Shown: one piece after another, positions 49,409-60,364 of the stretch
Layout of the letters: every line of letters starts with the position of its first letter
Position numbering within the stretch: position 1 is the stretch's first letter
Assembly (NCBI GenBank): GCA_963819815.1
Contig: CAWFXL010000001.1
Location: 1,280,001 to 1,344,000, forward strand
Length of the DNA stretch: 64,000 bases
Direction of reading: 5' to 3'
DNA from: an uncultured bacterium
GTDB lineage: Bacteria; Babelota; Babeliae; Babelales; Babelaceae
The notes under the pieces: model-generated
The model's input: only the letters and a program-made list of their open reading frames with translations
What the model was told of the DNA's origin: nothing
The model's database searches: none
Made by a program: the position numbers and the translations under genes

Positions 49409-51490
49409 ATGCTGAAAGCATTCTATGTGGTAGGAGCTGTGCTCTTATTCTTTATCTGTGCCTATATTCTTCTTAATAGAATGAGCAGTTCAATCATAGC
49501 TCGCCCCTGCGTTTCTCAATTGCCTCAAATTCACGAGCTCTTTCCCACTACCAAAGTAGGCGTTGAGGATATGGTTACTGCTACTATTGCTCGCACCCAG
49601 AAGTTTCTTGATCAAATATACCCTATAGATGACAACGCAAGGACTTTTGATAATACGGTTGTTCCGTTTGATAAGGCTTATGAGGAACTTTCTATAACCC
49701 AATCTGCTATGTATATCCTCTCTGTGGGGAGTTCTGATGAAAAATTAAGAAAGGCAGCAGAAAAAGGATATTCTCGCCTTGAGGAGTATGCAATTGATAC
49801 CCTCTTATTAAATGAGAAATTATTTCGAGCTATTCTTGCTTATCAACAAAGATTAGAAACAGAAAAGCATGAATCGCTCAGTCCTGAGCGACTCTATTTT
49901 TTGGATAAGATTCTTAAGGAGTTTAAAAGGAGTGGTCTACAGCTTGAAAAAGAGAAGCAAGATCGTGTAAGAGCACTAAAAAAAGAGTTATCCGATCTAC
50001 AGATAGCCTTTGATACGAATATATCTGCCTCACGACGAAATATAGAGGTTTCAAAGGATGAATTGAAAGGGCTTGATGATGCTTTTATTAATTCTTTTAA
50101 GCGCTCAGAGAATGGATCCTATATTCTTACCGTTGATCAATCCCTTGTTTCGCGGGTCCTTGAACGATGTCTTGTAGAGAATACGCGGAAGAATCTCTAT
50201 CATGCGTATATGCAAAGGGCCTACCCTGAAAATGAGAAGGTATTAGAGCAGATAATAGCAGTAAGTGATGAGCTCGCAAAAATTCTAGGGTATACAAGCT
50301 CTGCACAGTATATATTAGAGAATCAGATGGCCAAGAACCCTGAAAGAGTCGATGGGTTTCTTGATATTATGCTTAAAAGGGCCTATCCAAAAGCGCAAAA
50401 AGAGTTGGAGCTTTTCTTAAAAGATCTTCCACCCTCAGTCACTCTAAAAGATGGCAAGATTCAACCTTGGGATGTTCCCTTAGTTTACGAATGGTATAAG
50501 AGGAAACATTTCCAAGTAGATGAAACAAAAATTGCTGAGTATTTTCCCCTAGATTATACCCTGCCCGCTCTTCTTAAGGTCTATGAAGAGTTTTTTGGTA
50601 TCTGCTTTACAAATATGAAGAAGATGCATCTGTGGTATGACGATTTGCAGGCGTATGCTGTATATAAGAAGGGGCATTATCGAGGTATGATAATTCTTGA
50701 TTTATTTCCAAGACCACATAAATATACTCATGCAGGCTATGTGAGAATCGTTCCTGCACTTGAAGAGCCAGATGGCCGCATACTGCCAGGTGTAGGGGTA
50801 CTTTTTCTCAATTTTACCGCTTCAAAGCCAGGTCAGCCCACCTTGCTTAAGCGTTCTGAAGTTCGAACTTTTTTCCACGAATTTGGCCATGCCATTCACT
50901 CACTTCTTGGAGCCACTGAATTTGCAACTACTTCAGGAACTGCTACAAAGCAAGACTTTGTTGAGATGCCATCACAGATGCTTGAGCAGTGGTTGTGGGA
51001 TCCTCAGATTCTTAAGGCAGTAAGTTCCCACGTAACAACCAAGGAGCCATTGCCGGATGAGATTATTAAAAATTGTATCGCCAGCAAGCATGTGGGAACA
51101 GGGGATTCGATGCTGAGACAAATATCTTTTGCAAGACTTTCTCTTGATTACTATCTTGGGGGGCAGAAGCCAGTTGAGGCCCTATGGCGCTCAGTAACTG
51201 AAAAAATCCGTCCCTACATCGTTTCCGATCCACTTAATAAAGGGTATTGTTCCTTTGTGCATCTTTCAGGCTATGGTCCGAACTACTATGGGTACCTCTG
51301 GTCGGAGGTATTTGCTTTAGATCTGTTTGCGCAGATTAAGCAACATGGGCTACGAAACCCTGAGATTGGCGCAAAATACGTAAATGAAGTGTTAAGTAAG
51401 GGTGGCGGTACTGATCCTGAAGAACTGTTGAGAACGTTCCTCGGGCGTGAGCCTTCTACTGATGCCTTCTTTAAGGACTTAGGCCTTTAG
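49409..51490 (+). CDS. M3-family oligopeptidase (thimet/OpdA-like)
   Basis: FHEFGHAIH, DFVEMPSQMLE, YYGYLWS. Confidence 0.93.
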   Translation: MLKAFYVVGAVLLFFICAYILLNRMSSSIIARPCVSQLPQIHELFPTTKVGVEDMVTATIARTQKFLDQIYPIDDNARTFDNTVVPFDKAYEELSITQSAMYILSVGSSDEKLRKAAEKGYSRLEEYAIDTLLLNEKLFRAILAYQQRLETEKHESLSPERLYFLDKILKEFKRSGLQLEKEKQDRVRALKKELSDLQIAFDTNISASRRNIEVSKDELKGLDDAFINSFKRSENGSYILTVDQSLVSRVLERCLVENTRKNLYHAYMQRAYPENEKVLEQIIAVSDELAKILGYTSSAQYILENQMAKNPERVDGFLDIMLKRAYPKAQKELELFLKDLPPSVTLKDGKIQPWDVPLVYEWYKRKHFQVDETKIAEYFPLDYTLPALLKVYEEFFGICFTNMKKMHLWYDDLQAYAVYKKGHYRGMIILDLFPRPHKYTHAGYVRIVPALEEPDGRILPGVGVLFLNFTASKPGQPTLLKRSEVRTFFHEFGHAIHSLLGATEFATTSGTATKQDFVEMPSQMLEQWLWDPQILKAVSSHVTTKEPLPDEIIKNCIASKHVGTGDSMLRQISFARLSLDYYLGGQKPVEALWRSVTEKIRPYIVSDPLNKGYCSFVHLSGYGPNYYGYLWSEVFALDLFAQIKQHGLRNPEIGAKYVNEVLSKGGGTDPEELLRTFLGREPSTDAFFKDLGL

Positions 51491-51541
51491 ATTAAGGCTT
51501 GTGCATCATTGAAAGATTTAGGCTTTATGAAAGGTGTTGCG

Positions 51542-51820
51542 ATGAACAGTCTCTTTAAGCAGAGAGTGCTTGAGGTCGTATACTCAATACCTGAAGGAAC
51601 CACCTTAAGCTACAAAGAGGTGGCAGAGCGTGCAGGTAGTCCCCGAGCTTTTAGAGCTGTCGGGACTATTATGAAACAAAATAATAATCCTGCTATCCCA
51701 TGCCACAGAGTTATCTGCTCTGATGGGTCGCCTGGTGGCTATAACCGAGGCGTTGAGAAAAAGAAGGTACTCTTAGAGGCTGAACGAAAAAAGGCACTAA
51801 GTGCAACGTTAGAGCTTTAG
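51542..51820 (+). CDS. MGMT-family O6-alkylguanine DNA-binding/repair protein
   Basis: RAVG, PCHRV. Confidence 0.9.
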   Translation: MNSLFKQRVLEVVYSIPEGTTLSYKEVAERAGSPRAFRAVGTIMKQNNNPAIPCHRVICSDGSPGGYNRGVEKKKVLLEAERKKALSATLEL

Positions 51821-51996
51821 TTGCAGTCGCAACGGGTAAATCCTACGCGAGGTAATTTTCGGTAGCCACCATGAATTGAGTAGGCGAGCGCACCATCTGA
51901 GTCAAACCTAAAGTCCGGTTTTGGTTGGCAGCTTAGTGTAGCATTGAGCAGTAAGATCATGATGCCTAAGATACTTTTGTACGAGATCATTTTCAC
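51817..51996 (-). CDS. Small 59-aa secreted/lipoprotein, not in the ORF track
   Basis: AAAGGA RBS and GTG start; MKMISYKSILGIMILLLNATLSCQPK...RCDCN. Confidence 0.55.
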   Translation of the reverse strand: MKMISYKSILGIMILLLNATLSCQPKPDFRFDSDGALAYSIHGGYRKLPRVGFTRCDCN

Positions 51997-52010
51997 CGTG
52001 TGTCCTTTCT

Positions 52011-53639
52011 TTAAACGGGTAGTTCTGGTAATACTTCCGCAGCTGCTGCAGAAGGTCTTGGTACATTGTACATCGTTGCAAGTGAAACAACTACTTGTGG
52101 GATATACACATTCTTTGTAACTCTTTTTTTCATGAAGGTTCCTTTTTGGTAAAAGATGAGTGGAACCTGGGTATCATAAGCGAATTCGCTACTATGAGAG
52201 GTGCCTGTTGTGTACGCATCGAGCATAACATAGGGGCTGATAGCATAGAAAATCTGGCCACTGCGTCCTTTATACAATTGTCGTTGCATGTATTTATCAA
52301 GATCATAGGCTTCAAAGGTTTGCTTCCGAAGTTCTTCGAAAGTCCAAGTCCTTCGAATACCAGGGAGGCTCTGTATATAGTTCTTAATCAGCTCATAGAT
52401 GGTTTGTTGCATCGCTTCAGTTAATGAGGATAGAATCCATTGATTCAGGTACAGTTGCGGTTCTTTAAAATGTTGCACTATTCCTTTGATACCGCATTTA
52501 TTTTCGATGAGCAGATTAATATGTTCGACGATAGTGGGATAGTTAAGGCGGCGAGCTAACGAGAATCCCTGGTTATTAAGAATCTCTGGGATAGGGGGTG
52601 CTCCATGATCTGCCGTGAGCACAAAGAGGACCTCCTCTTTGGGTACCTTTGCATATACCTGTGTCATAAACTCTTTGAGCTGGTGATCGACATGGTACAG
52701 CAGATCTATAACATCTTTACTTTGAGGGCCAAAAGTATGACTTGTTTTATCAAGAGTACTTAAGCTCAGGTACACGATTAAACGGTCAGTCTCTTTTCCC
52801 GTGTAGTGGGTATTGATGCAGGAAAGACCAAGATCAAGAAGGAGCTGATTCGATTCGGGTGTTTTTGAAAAGATTGATTTGTAATCGTTTGGCTCAATCG
52901 GCAGAGTTTTTCCAACTAACGATTCTTCCAGTGAGCTGTAGCGGTAATTGTCAATCTCTTTGAATGCATAGGCAGGACTTGAGGAATCAAAAAAAGGTTT
53001 CCAAGTGACTTCAGTTTTTTTTGCAAGGTTCCTTTCCTTATTGAACTCGATGACCCAACTAGGTAGTTTCTCAAAGTAAGCTTTGCTCGACGTGAATGCA
53101 CCCGTTTTGCTATCAAGCCAGAGGGGTTTGCCTAATTTGCCTGCGAGCATGATTGAAGCTCTACTCTTAAGTGATAAAGCCCATACTTCATTCCGAGCAT
53201 GGGGATATGAATGCATCATACATTGATCTGCGAACGTATCGGCTAAGAGGTTTTTTGAAGATTTTCCATTGCAATATAAGCTCCCATCGGGGGCAAATAC
53301 CGCTGATTGAGGCCTATCATCGCTATCGCATCGAACTTTCTTCCCTTCTACATCGTACCACAGGTTATTGATAACACCATGGAAGCTTGCATAGGTTCCT
53401 GTCGATAGGAGCGCATGCCCGGGAGCAGTAGCTGGCATGCTTTGATCGTAGAAAGCATTTACGTATGAGATGCCTTCTTCTGAGAGAAATTTAAGACCCC
53501 CTGTTAAAAAGGGACTTAATTTCGGGATATAGTGTGCTGAAAATTGATCGATAACAATAAAGACCATGAGACGTGGAGCTTTTGCTTCGACCATGCTGTG
53601 CATGACCGTGATGATACAACCGAGAATATATTTCTTCAT
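52011..53639 (-). CDS. PafA-like alkaline phosphatase/nucleotide pyrophosphatase
   Basis: IVIDQ, TAPGHA, SLKSR, TADHG, TSH. Confidence 0.9.
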   Translation of the reverse strand: MKKYILGCIITVMHSMVEAKAPRLMVFIVIDQFSAHYIPKLSPFLTGGLKFLSEEGISYVNAFYDQSMPATAPGHALLSTGTYASFHGVINNLWYDVEGKKVRCDSDDRPQSAVFAPDGSLYCNGKSSKNLLADTFADQCMMHSYPHARNEVWALSLKSRASIMLAGKLGKPLWLDSKTGAFTSSKAYFEKLPSWVIEFNKERNLAKKTEVTWKPFFDSSSPAYAFKEIDNYRYSSLEESLVGKTLPIEPNDYKSIFSKTPESNQLLLDLGLSCINTHYTGKETDRLIVYLSLSTLDKTSHTFGPQSKDVIDLLYHVDHQLKEFMTQVYAKVPKEEVLFVLTADHGAPPIPEILNNQGFSLARRLNYPTIVEHINLLIENKCGIKGIVQHFKEPQLYLNQWILSSLTEAMQQTIYELIKNYIQSLPGIRRTWTFEELRKQTFEAYDLDKYMQRQLYKGRSGQIFYAISPYVMLDAYTTGTSHSSEFAYDTQVPLIFYQKGTFMKKRVTKNVYIPQVVVSLATMYNVPRPSAAAAEVLPELPV

Positions 53640-53982
53640 GAATTTCCTTTACTACCTGTCTCTTGGTTAGTGTACCATTGTGCTAAAAAGGCAATCAATA
53701 GTTTTGATTTATTGCTCATTGAAATTAGGCGAGGGGCTGGTGGATTAAAGCATTCATTCAGGCGCCTTCAAGCTTTGCAGCAAACCCTTGTGTCACTGGG
53801 CCGCAAGATTGTATGATGTCCTCTGAAAAATATCCCAAAGTTCTGGTTGTGCTAACCTAGGTATTTTGTGTGAATTGTATGAGTGATAGCGCACACGTTT
53901 TTGTGCTTGCCTTGCGATAAAAGTAGCGATCTACGACATTTTTTGGTATGCTTTTCACCTATGGAAGCACTCGGGAGTTTGA

Positions 53983-54507
53983 ATGAAAAAACTGCATAAG
54001 GGAATAGTATTACGCGCGCCATCGGTGCATAGAAGTACCGTCACCTTGTTTGATGACCAATTGGGAAAAATAGAGGGGATCCCTGGTCGTTTTGGAACGC
54101 TATCCCACGGTGCTTTAGTTTCCTATATGCTTCAGAAGAATGGCACGAGTTATTACTTACAAGATATGAGACTTCTTGAAATGCCTCTTTCCTGGGCTCA
54201 AGATAACTTTCTGTTTTTTCATCATGTGCTTGAATTGTGTGATTACTTTGTGCCTTGGGATGTGCATTGTGAAGCCCTTTTTAGATTAGTGTACGTATTG
54301 TACACAAATCCTGAATCGGTAGGTACAAAAGATGCCCAGAAGCTTTTTCTCACCACATTTTTTAAACGGGTTGGTATTCATCCTGAGCAGGGTGATGATA
54401 CCATTGAGGATTGGTTGCAGGCTTGTATAAACGAGCATCCTCAGGTGCTTTTGTTCAGAACTGCAGGATTTTTAAAGACATTGGAAGCTCATGAAGAACC
54501 TGCCTAA
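53983..54507 (+). CDS. recO: Short RecO-like DNA repair protein
   Basis: N-terminal GIVLR..VTLF..GKI OB-fold pattern followed by a helical domain. Confidence 0.6.
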   Translation: MKKLHKGIVLRAPSVHRSTVTLFDDQLGKIEGIPGRFGTLSHGALVSYMLQKNGTSYYLQDMRLLEMPLSWAQDNFLFFHHVLELCDYFVPWDVHCEALFRLVYVLYTNPESVGTKDAQKLFLTTFFKRVGIHPEQGDDTIEDWLQACINEHPQVLLFRTAGFLKTLEAHEEPA

Positions 54508-57500
54508 GTATCTTCTTTTTGTAGTCCTGTTAGGACACATTGGCCCACTGCTTGGCGGGCTCGGTCCTTTTATGTCGATTTTTAATACAAAGTGGGAAGG
54601 CAAAACATTTGTCCAGTTAGTTGAAAATGATATTGAAGAGCTTAAGAAGCGTCAAGAAGCTGCGGAAAAGGCTCATGCTGATTACAAGTCGTTGCTCGAA
54701 ACTACTCAGAAGAATGTAGCAACGCTTAAAGAAACGATGAGTAGGGTTCGGGGAACCGAGCTTGAGTATACCAGCCAATACATGGTTGTTGTTAATAAGA
54801 CGGCACTCGTTCTTTCCGATCTTGTTCAAGTGTATCACGATATTCAGGTACTTTTGCAAGAGCATATGAAGGCACTTGAGGAATATAAGGAAGATCCTGA
54901 GTTTAGTAAAAAGGGGTTACCACTCGAGCAGAAATCGATTTATTCTATCGAAGATTTCCAAAGGATTATGAGCATCGTCTTGCGCTATGATAGTGAGCTG
55001 AATAATCTTACCGAGCGTCGAGAGAAAATTAGTGCGGATATTCTTGCTCTCAAGAAAAACTTGGAGCTTTCAAAACAGAGTCTCGCTGAAAAGAAGCAAG
55101 AACAGAAGGAGCTTAAAGAACAGAAGCCTGAGCCTTTACCAGGACGGCAAAAGTTTACGCTGAAACAGCAGGGGGCGATTCTTGATGCAGAAGACCGGCT
55201 CCTTACCTATACACGAGATCTCACCGAAGCGCGCCTAAAAGAAGCTGACATACGGTTGCAAGTTGTTGAGTTTCAGATTAAAACCACAAAGCTGCAGCTT
55301 GATACCCTCCTGAGGCAAGAGGATCATGTGCGACAAGAATTGCGCATAGACCGAAAAGATATAGAGCTTGCTCAAAGAAAATTGCGCCAGCAGATACAGG
55401 AATCAAGTAGATTACAAGAAGATTACAATCGTCGCATAGAAGGGTTAAATCTTTTACGACAAAGTGAGCTTGACCAAATTGCCCTTGTAAAGCAGCGAGC
55501 TTCTTTGAATGACGAGACGCTCGACAAGATATATGATTGGTCGTTTCGTCCCGTTTCTGTACTAGAATGGAGGGCACTTCTTGAAATCGGGCGTCTTCAT
55601 GATCATATTGCATTTGAAACTGACGTCCTAAAAGAGATCTTTCAGGCGCGCGTTGAGCAAGAAAAGGTGAACGTGACTGCTCAAGAAGTAGCGAGTTCAA
55701 TTATCCAAACTTGGGAGGCGGTAACGAATGGAACTTTTGATGGTTCATCTGATTCTCTCAATAAAGAAATAAAGAAATATGAAAAGCTACTTGCTGACTT
55801 AGAAAGTTCATTATCTTCCCTTGAAGATAAGCATACTGCTGCATCACGTCTTCTTGCTCAAAATAGTGCCGTTGCGGAAGCTATTCAGGCACGGCTTAAA
55901 GAATTTATAAGTCAAAGGGAAACGATCTTCAAGGCCGATCCAGCTATCTATTCTCGTCTTGGGGAGGTGCTTAAGAATGAAGGACAGATCGAAGCTCAAA
56001 AACGTAGTGAGCTCATTACTCAGCTCATTGAGCTCTATACCTCCTTAGCACAACAGCGCACCCTAATTACCAAAAAGATAGATATGATGATTCGAGTACT
56101 GCGCTCAAAAGTGCAAGATAAGCTGGTACCACCATTGTGGAATGGGGTAAAAAGATTTGTTCCCGATCTTGGTCGTTTTGTGACATACCTAGCTACGCCG
56201 GGTAGACTTCATACAAGTATTGAAGATGCACGGAACAGCCTAACTTCCTGGAGCATAGGGTTGCTTACTCACCCGCTCTCATTACTTGTGGTTGTTATGT
56301 ATCTTCTGGCTGTCATAGCTCTCTACACGCTCTTGCGCATGTATCTTCGTGAGAGTGGGATTCTTATTACGCATTTTATGAAGCCGGAATATGGCTTTAT
56401 TTCGGTTATCGCTGGACTGCTTGGGCTCTTAGTACAATTTATTGCTGACCATTTAGAAGGAATTTTTGTATGGTCTATGTTGCTTCTACTGGTAAAATAT
56501 GCAGCGACGACCTATCTTGCAACGCTCTTTTATCTCTTGTCTATTCCGTTTTGGTTGTATTATGTACATCGATTTATCAGATATGCTAAGTCGGTTAATA
56601 CTTCACGTGAATATCCGTTAGCAAGTAAGAAGTATCATGAACGATTTTTCTGGATATTAGCGGTCTTTCTCTCTGCTACCGTTATTCTTGTCTTTTTTAG
56701 AGAAGCGATGGCCCGCGTGTTACCACAATCAGATGCGCCACGAATTTTGCTTGCGATTAACTTTATCGTGTTCCAGGTTTCTTTGATTTTCATGATTAGT
56801 CGTGAGCAGATTCTGCTTCTTATTCCCCGACATACTTCATTGGGAAAATGGATCCAAGAGTTGGTTGATGATTATTACTATCTCTTTTTAATAGGGATTA
56901 TCTTTATTATTGTGATGAGTAATCCCTACATTGGGTTTGGCACTTCGTTTCTGTATCTCATTGGTCGTATCTTACTCATAGTGGTTTTGATTCCTCTTGT
57001 AATTATGCTTGATAATGCGCTGAAATCCTTTTTGAGCTCCTTCTTCTTTTATTCTGATGAGGAAGGCCGTTTGAATGACCGCTTTCCCTATGCACGTACC
57101 TCCTATGGGCTTTTTATTATTGGGAGCTTCCTTTTCTTAAGCATTGCTGCGCTTATTATGGCTGCTAATGTATGGGGACTCAAGATTGGCTACCAAGAAA
57201 TTATCTCCTGGTTGCGCAAGGAATGGTATTCCTATCAAAGTGCGGAAACTGGCGTTAAGGTTGCCGTCAATTTTATTCATTTCATACGGGTCTTTTTCTA
57301 CGTATTTATTGGGGTCCTCATCGCCTTTCTTATTAACAAATTCGTTCTGCGTAGAATGTTTGATTTGCTCATGGTTAATGCTGGTATACAAAGTATATTC
57401 CTATCACTCATACGGTACGTCATCGTATTTGTTGCCATTTTAATTGGACTTCAAAGCATCGGTCTTGGAAGTAATTCGCTCTTCATATTTTTAGGTACCT

Positions 57501-58114
57501 TAGCGGGTCTTGGGGTGGCAGGTAAAGAGGTCATAGCTGACTTTATTGGCTATTTCTTGATCCTTATGCAGCGCCCATTAAAGATCGGTGACTTTGTACG
57601 TATTGGTGGTACCGACGAAAAAGGGGATCTGGAAGGAATTGTTCGTCATCTGAATCTCCGCTCAGTAATCTTGCGTAGAAAAAATAGCGTTACCGTTATC
57701 GTTCCTAACTCATATGTGTTAAGTCGCCCGCTTGCTAACTGGAACTATTACCGCATGTACTTTGCTTTTGATGATATTTTGATTACCGTGCCTTACAGCG
57801 CAGATCCTGATAAGGTTCGTGAGATCTTTTTAAAGGTGCTTGACGATAATTATGAAGTGTTGCGCAATCCGGCACCAGTAGTTAGATTGCAAGCCTTTGC
57901 TGAAAATGGATTTGAATTTATGGTGCGTGGCTATCTGAGTCATGACAAAGTCTATGAACAGCATGATATTGCTTCTAATATCCGTCTTGAGCTTGTGCGT
58001 ATCTTACGCAAGCATGGCTATAAGGTTGCCGTTCCAAGCCGTATACTCAAGTTGGTTAAAGAGGGCAAGGAAGAGTTTGTAGAAGCGGTTCTTGACCAGA
58101 AGAATGACGAATAA
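54491..58114 (+). CDS. Large MscS-family (MscK-like) mechanosensitive channel
   Basis: Coiled-coil N-terminus, many TMs, RPLKIGDFV, VIVPNS. Confidence 0.9.
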   Translation: MKNLPKYLLFVVLLGHIGPLLGGLGPFMSIFNTKWEGKTFVQLVENDIEELKKRQEAAEKAHADYKSLLETTQKNVATLKETMSRVRGTELEYTSQYMVVVNKTALVLSDLVQVYHDIQVLLQEHMKALEEYKEDPEFSKKGLPLEQKSIYSIEDFQRIMSIVLRYDSELNNLTERREKISADILALKKNLELSKQSLAEKKQEQKELKEQKPEPLPGRQKFTLKQQGAILDAEDRLLTYTRDLTEARLKEADIRLQVVEFQIKTTKLQLDTLLRQEDHVRQELRIDRKDIELAQRKLRQQIQESSRLQEDYNRRIEGLNLLRQSELDQIALVKQRASLNDETLDKIYDWSFRPVSVLEWRALLEIGRLHDHIAFETDVLKEIFQARVEQEKVNVTAQEVASSIIQTWEAVTNGTFDGSSDSLNKEIKKYEKLLADLESSLSSLEDKHTAASRLLAQNSAVAEAIQARLKEFISQRETIFKADPAIYSRLGEVLKNEGQIEAQKRSELITQLIELYTSLAQQRTLITKKIDMMIRVLRSKVQDKLVPPLWNGVKRFVPDLGRFVTYLATPGRLHTSIEDARNSLTSWSIGLLTHPLSLLVVVMYLLAVIALYTLLRMYLRESGILITHFMKPEYGFISVIAGLLGLLVQFIADHLEGIFVWSMLLLLVKYAATTYLATLFYLLSIPFWLYYVHRFIRYAKSVNTSREYPLASKKYHERFFWILAVFLSATVILVFFREAMARVLPQSDAPRILLAINFIVFQVSLIFMISREQILLLIPRHTSLGKWIQELVDDYYYLFLIGIIFIIVMSNPYIGFGTSFLYLIGRILLIVVLIPLVIMLDNALKSFLSSFFFYSDEEGRLNDRFPYARTSYGLFIIGSFLFLSIAALIMAANVWGLKIGYQEIISWLRKEWYSYQSAETGVKVAVNFIHFIRVFFYVFIGVLIAFLINKFVLRRMFDLLMVNAGIQSIFLSLIRYVIVFVAILIGLQSIGLGSNSLFIFLGTLAGLGVAGKEVIADFIGYFLILMQRPLKIGDFVRIGGTDEKGDLEGIVRHLNLRSVILRRKNSVTVIVPNSYVLSRPLANWNYYRMYFAFDDILITVPYSADPDKVREIFLKVLDDNYEVLRNPAPVVRLQAFAENGFEFMVRGYLSHDKVYEQHDIASNIRLELVRILRKHGYKVAVPSRILKLVKEGKEEFVEAVLDQKNDE

Positions 58115-58117
58115 TCT

Positions 58118-58882
58118 TTAATCAAGTCTTCCAAGACCCTTTGCTTTGCTTTTATTGAACATGTAATAAAAGAAGATCAGCGAACAGGTCAGATACACAC
58201 CGTTGAGTACAAAACTTTTTATCAGATATTCTGAGGAGTAGGTTCCCGTTTTTAACAGCTGCCTCATGGCCTCAAATATAGGGGTAGTAGGTAGCATGTT
58301 GCTTATCTTTTGTACCGGCACTGGGAGTGCCGAAACTGGATAATATATAGCGCTAAACGGTGAGAAAACGTACCCTATAGTATAGAGATAATCCGTAGCC
58401 TTTGAGCCCCAATAGATCAAAAGGCCACTGATGAAAAAGCCTATGAACCACGCAGACAGGAGTAGGCACATCATAAAGGGAATAATACTCCAGCCAAGAT
58501 CAAACAGAGAAATGCTATATAAGAACCATACTGTAGCACCACTGGTGATGATCACCAAAAAGAGATTAATAATGCCAATCCCGAGCATGGCGCATACCCA
58601 TTCAGCCCAGGTAAGTGGTGTAGAAAAGAGATTGATAATATTTTGGTCTAAGACCTCTTCATAGAGGCACTTGGCCGTTTCTATGTTAATTCTAAAGACG
58701 ATTTGCCAGAGCACAAGCCCGGTAAGCATCATAGCTGCAAGGTTGAGTTCATGCGCAATATTCTGTATCCATATGCTAGTAATACCCCAGATGATGATAT
58801 TAATAAAGGGCCAATAGAGCATATTAAAAAGACGATCAAACCGGGAATAACTAGTAAGTACATGACGACGTATGACGGCCAT
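58118..58882 (-). CDS. ABC-2 type permease
   Basis: TMs; YYPVSALP and FEAMR. Confidence 0.88.
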   Translation of the reverse strand: MAVIRRHVLTSYSRFDRLFNMLYWPFINIIIWGITSIWIQNIAHELNLAAMMLTGLVLWQIVFRINIETAKCLYEEVLDQNIINLFSTPLTWAEWVCAMLGIGIINLFLVIITSGATVWFLYSISLFDLGWSIIPFMMCLLLSAWFIGFFISGLLIYWGSKATDYLYTIGYVFSPFSAIYYPVSALPVPVQKISNMLPTTPIFEAMRQLLKTGTYSSEYLIKSFVLNGVYLTCSLIFFYYMFNKSKAKGLGRLD

Positions 58883-58897
58883 AATACGATGCAGTCT

Positions 58898-59887
58898 TCA
58901 TACTGATTCCTTAGCGATAGAGAGGAAGTAATCATTCAGGTTTGGTGAATGAATGGCAATCTGTGTGTAGGTAATACCTTGTACGGCAAGTCCTGCTAAC
59001 AGTCCCGCAATGCCCTGTTCATCTATTTCTACGATGATGCTCTTTTCAGATGTGTGAAAGATGAGTCCCTGCATCTGAGCATAGGTGGCTAATGCAGAAG
59101 GATGTTCTGTAGTGAAAATGACTCGGGTTCTCGCGACGCTAAATGCAAGGTTGCGTGGTGTATCATTGGCAATAATGTTGCCTTGTTTTATAACGAGTAC
59201 TCGGTCACAGATCTGGGTAACTTCTTCCATGGTATGTGAAGTAAGTAGCAGTGCAATCCCATGTTCTCTTTGTTGTTCCTTAATAAACGTTCTTGCTTCC
59301 AGAGCACTATCGGGATCTAGGGATGCTGTTGGCTCATCTAAGAGAATGATTTTAGGGTGGGACATAAAGGCCTTGGCAAGCATAACGCGGGTCATTTGTC
59401 CTGATGATAGGACGCCTGTCTCTCTATCGGCGAGGTTCCACATACCAAAGAATTTCAGATATTTTTCAATTCGTTGAGCTCGTTCTTGTGAAGGGATACC
59501 ATACAATTGCGCGTAGATATCAAGATTGGTTCGCACCGTGAGTCGTGCGGGAAGTTTTACGTAGCTGCTGGCAAATGATACCTTTTCTAAGATAGCACTT
59601 CGATGCGTAAAAAAGTTCTTCCCAAAATAGGTAATTGTTCCCGAAGTGGGAGTAAGCACGCTCAGGAGCATTTTAATAAGGGTTGTTTTACCTGCACCAT
59701 TGGGGCCAAGGACTCCTAAGGCTTCTCCTTCAATCAGGTTAAAGCTCATTCCATTTACTATGGTAATAACCTTATCTTGCGAAGTAATCGAACGTTTTAC
59801 CGGGAACTGCTTAACGAGATTGTGTACCTCAAGTACTGATGGTCTATTCATATAACTAAGTATAGGCTTTGTCTGATTACTTGTCAT
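58898..59887 (-). CDS. ABC exporter ATP-binding protein (start may be 59851)
   Basis: GPNGAGKTT, LSSGQ, LLDEPT, TSH. Confidence 0.92.
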   Translation of the reverse strand: MTSNQTKPILSYMNRPSVLEVHNLVKQFPVKRSITSQDKVITIVNGMSFNLIEGEALGVLGPNGAGKTTLIKMLLSVLTPTSGTITYFGKNFFTHRSAILEKVSFASSYVKLPARLTVRTNLDIYAQLYGIPSQERAQRIEKYLKFFGMWNLADRETGVLSSGQMTRVMLAKAFMSHPKIILLDEPTASLDPDSALEARTFIKEQQREHGIALLLTSHTMEEVTQICDRVLVIKQGNIIANDTPRNLAFSVARTRVIFTTEHPSALATYAQMQGLIFHTSEKSIIVEIDEQGIAGLLAGLAVQGITYTQIAIHSPNLNDYFLSIAKESV

Positions 59888-60092
59888 TAGGCTAGACTAA
59901 ACTTTTTTCAAGAGTGTTGAAACGGGCTTCTGAGCGGTGTCTTTCTTAGGAGGCTGGCATCATGCTTTTTTACACAAGACACAGTTATTGTTTTACCATT
60001 CATAGCATAGGATTGTCTCGGCGGATATATGGTTATGCTCGATTTTTTATAGAATACTTAATATCTCAAAAGATTGATCAGATTTACGTGAG

Positions 60093-60145
60093 GAGCCGTG
60101 TATGGACCCGTACGCACGGTTCTGTGGAGTGGGGGTACGCCTAAC
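60093..60145 (+). mobile_element. Group II intron domain V relic (with degenerate domain VI)
   Basis: GAGCCGTGT-ATGGACCCGT-AC-GCACGGTTC: AGC triad, AC bulge, 30-nt hairpin. Confidence 0.7.
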
Positions 60146-60274
60146 ACTATTAACTTTTGCATGTAATGTAATTTGGAAAACAAGAATCGGCATAAAATCC
60201 TTACGGTTTTTTTCAATCTATTGATATCAAAAACAATTTTTTACAAGGTCTAAAAAGCCTAATTTGTAAGAAAG

Positions 60275-60301
60275 ACTCCCCGAAATTCATTTCCGGGGAG
60301 T
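60275..60301 (-). terminator. Intrinsic terminator of the ankyrin gene
   Basis: actccccg..cggggagt followed by ctttctt on the minus strand. Confidence 0.7.
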
Positions 60302-60364
60302 GCGTCAAGCTGTAACGTAGTGTATAAATGTTAGTCCTTAGTTCTGCTAGGTACTTAAGATAGG

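Noticed and set aside
59908..60003. 31-aa uORF upstream of the second ABC operon
   Set aside because: No clear RBS, codon bias or rut-like tract.
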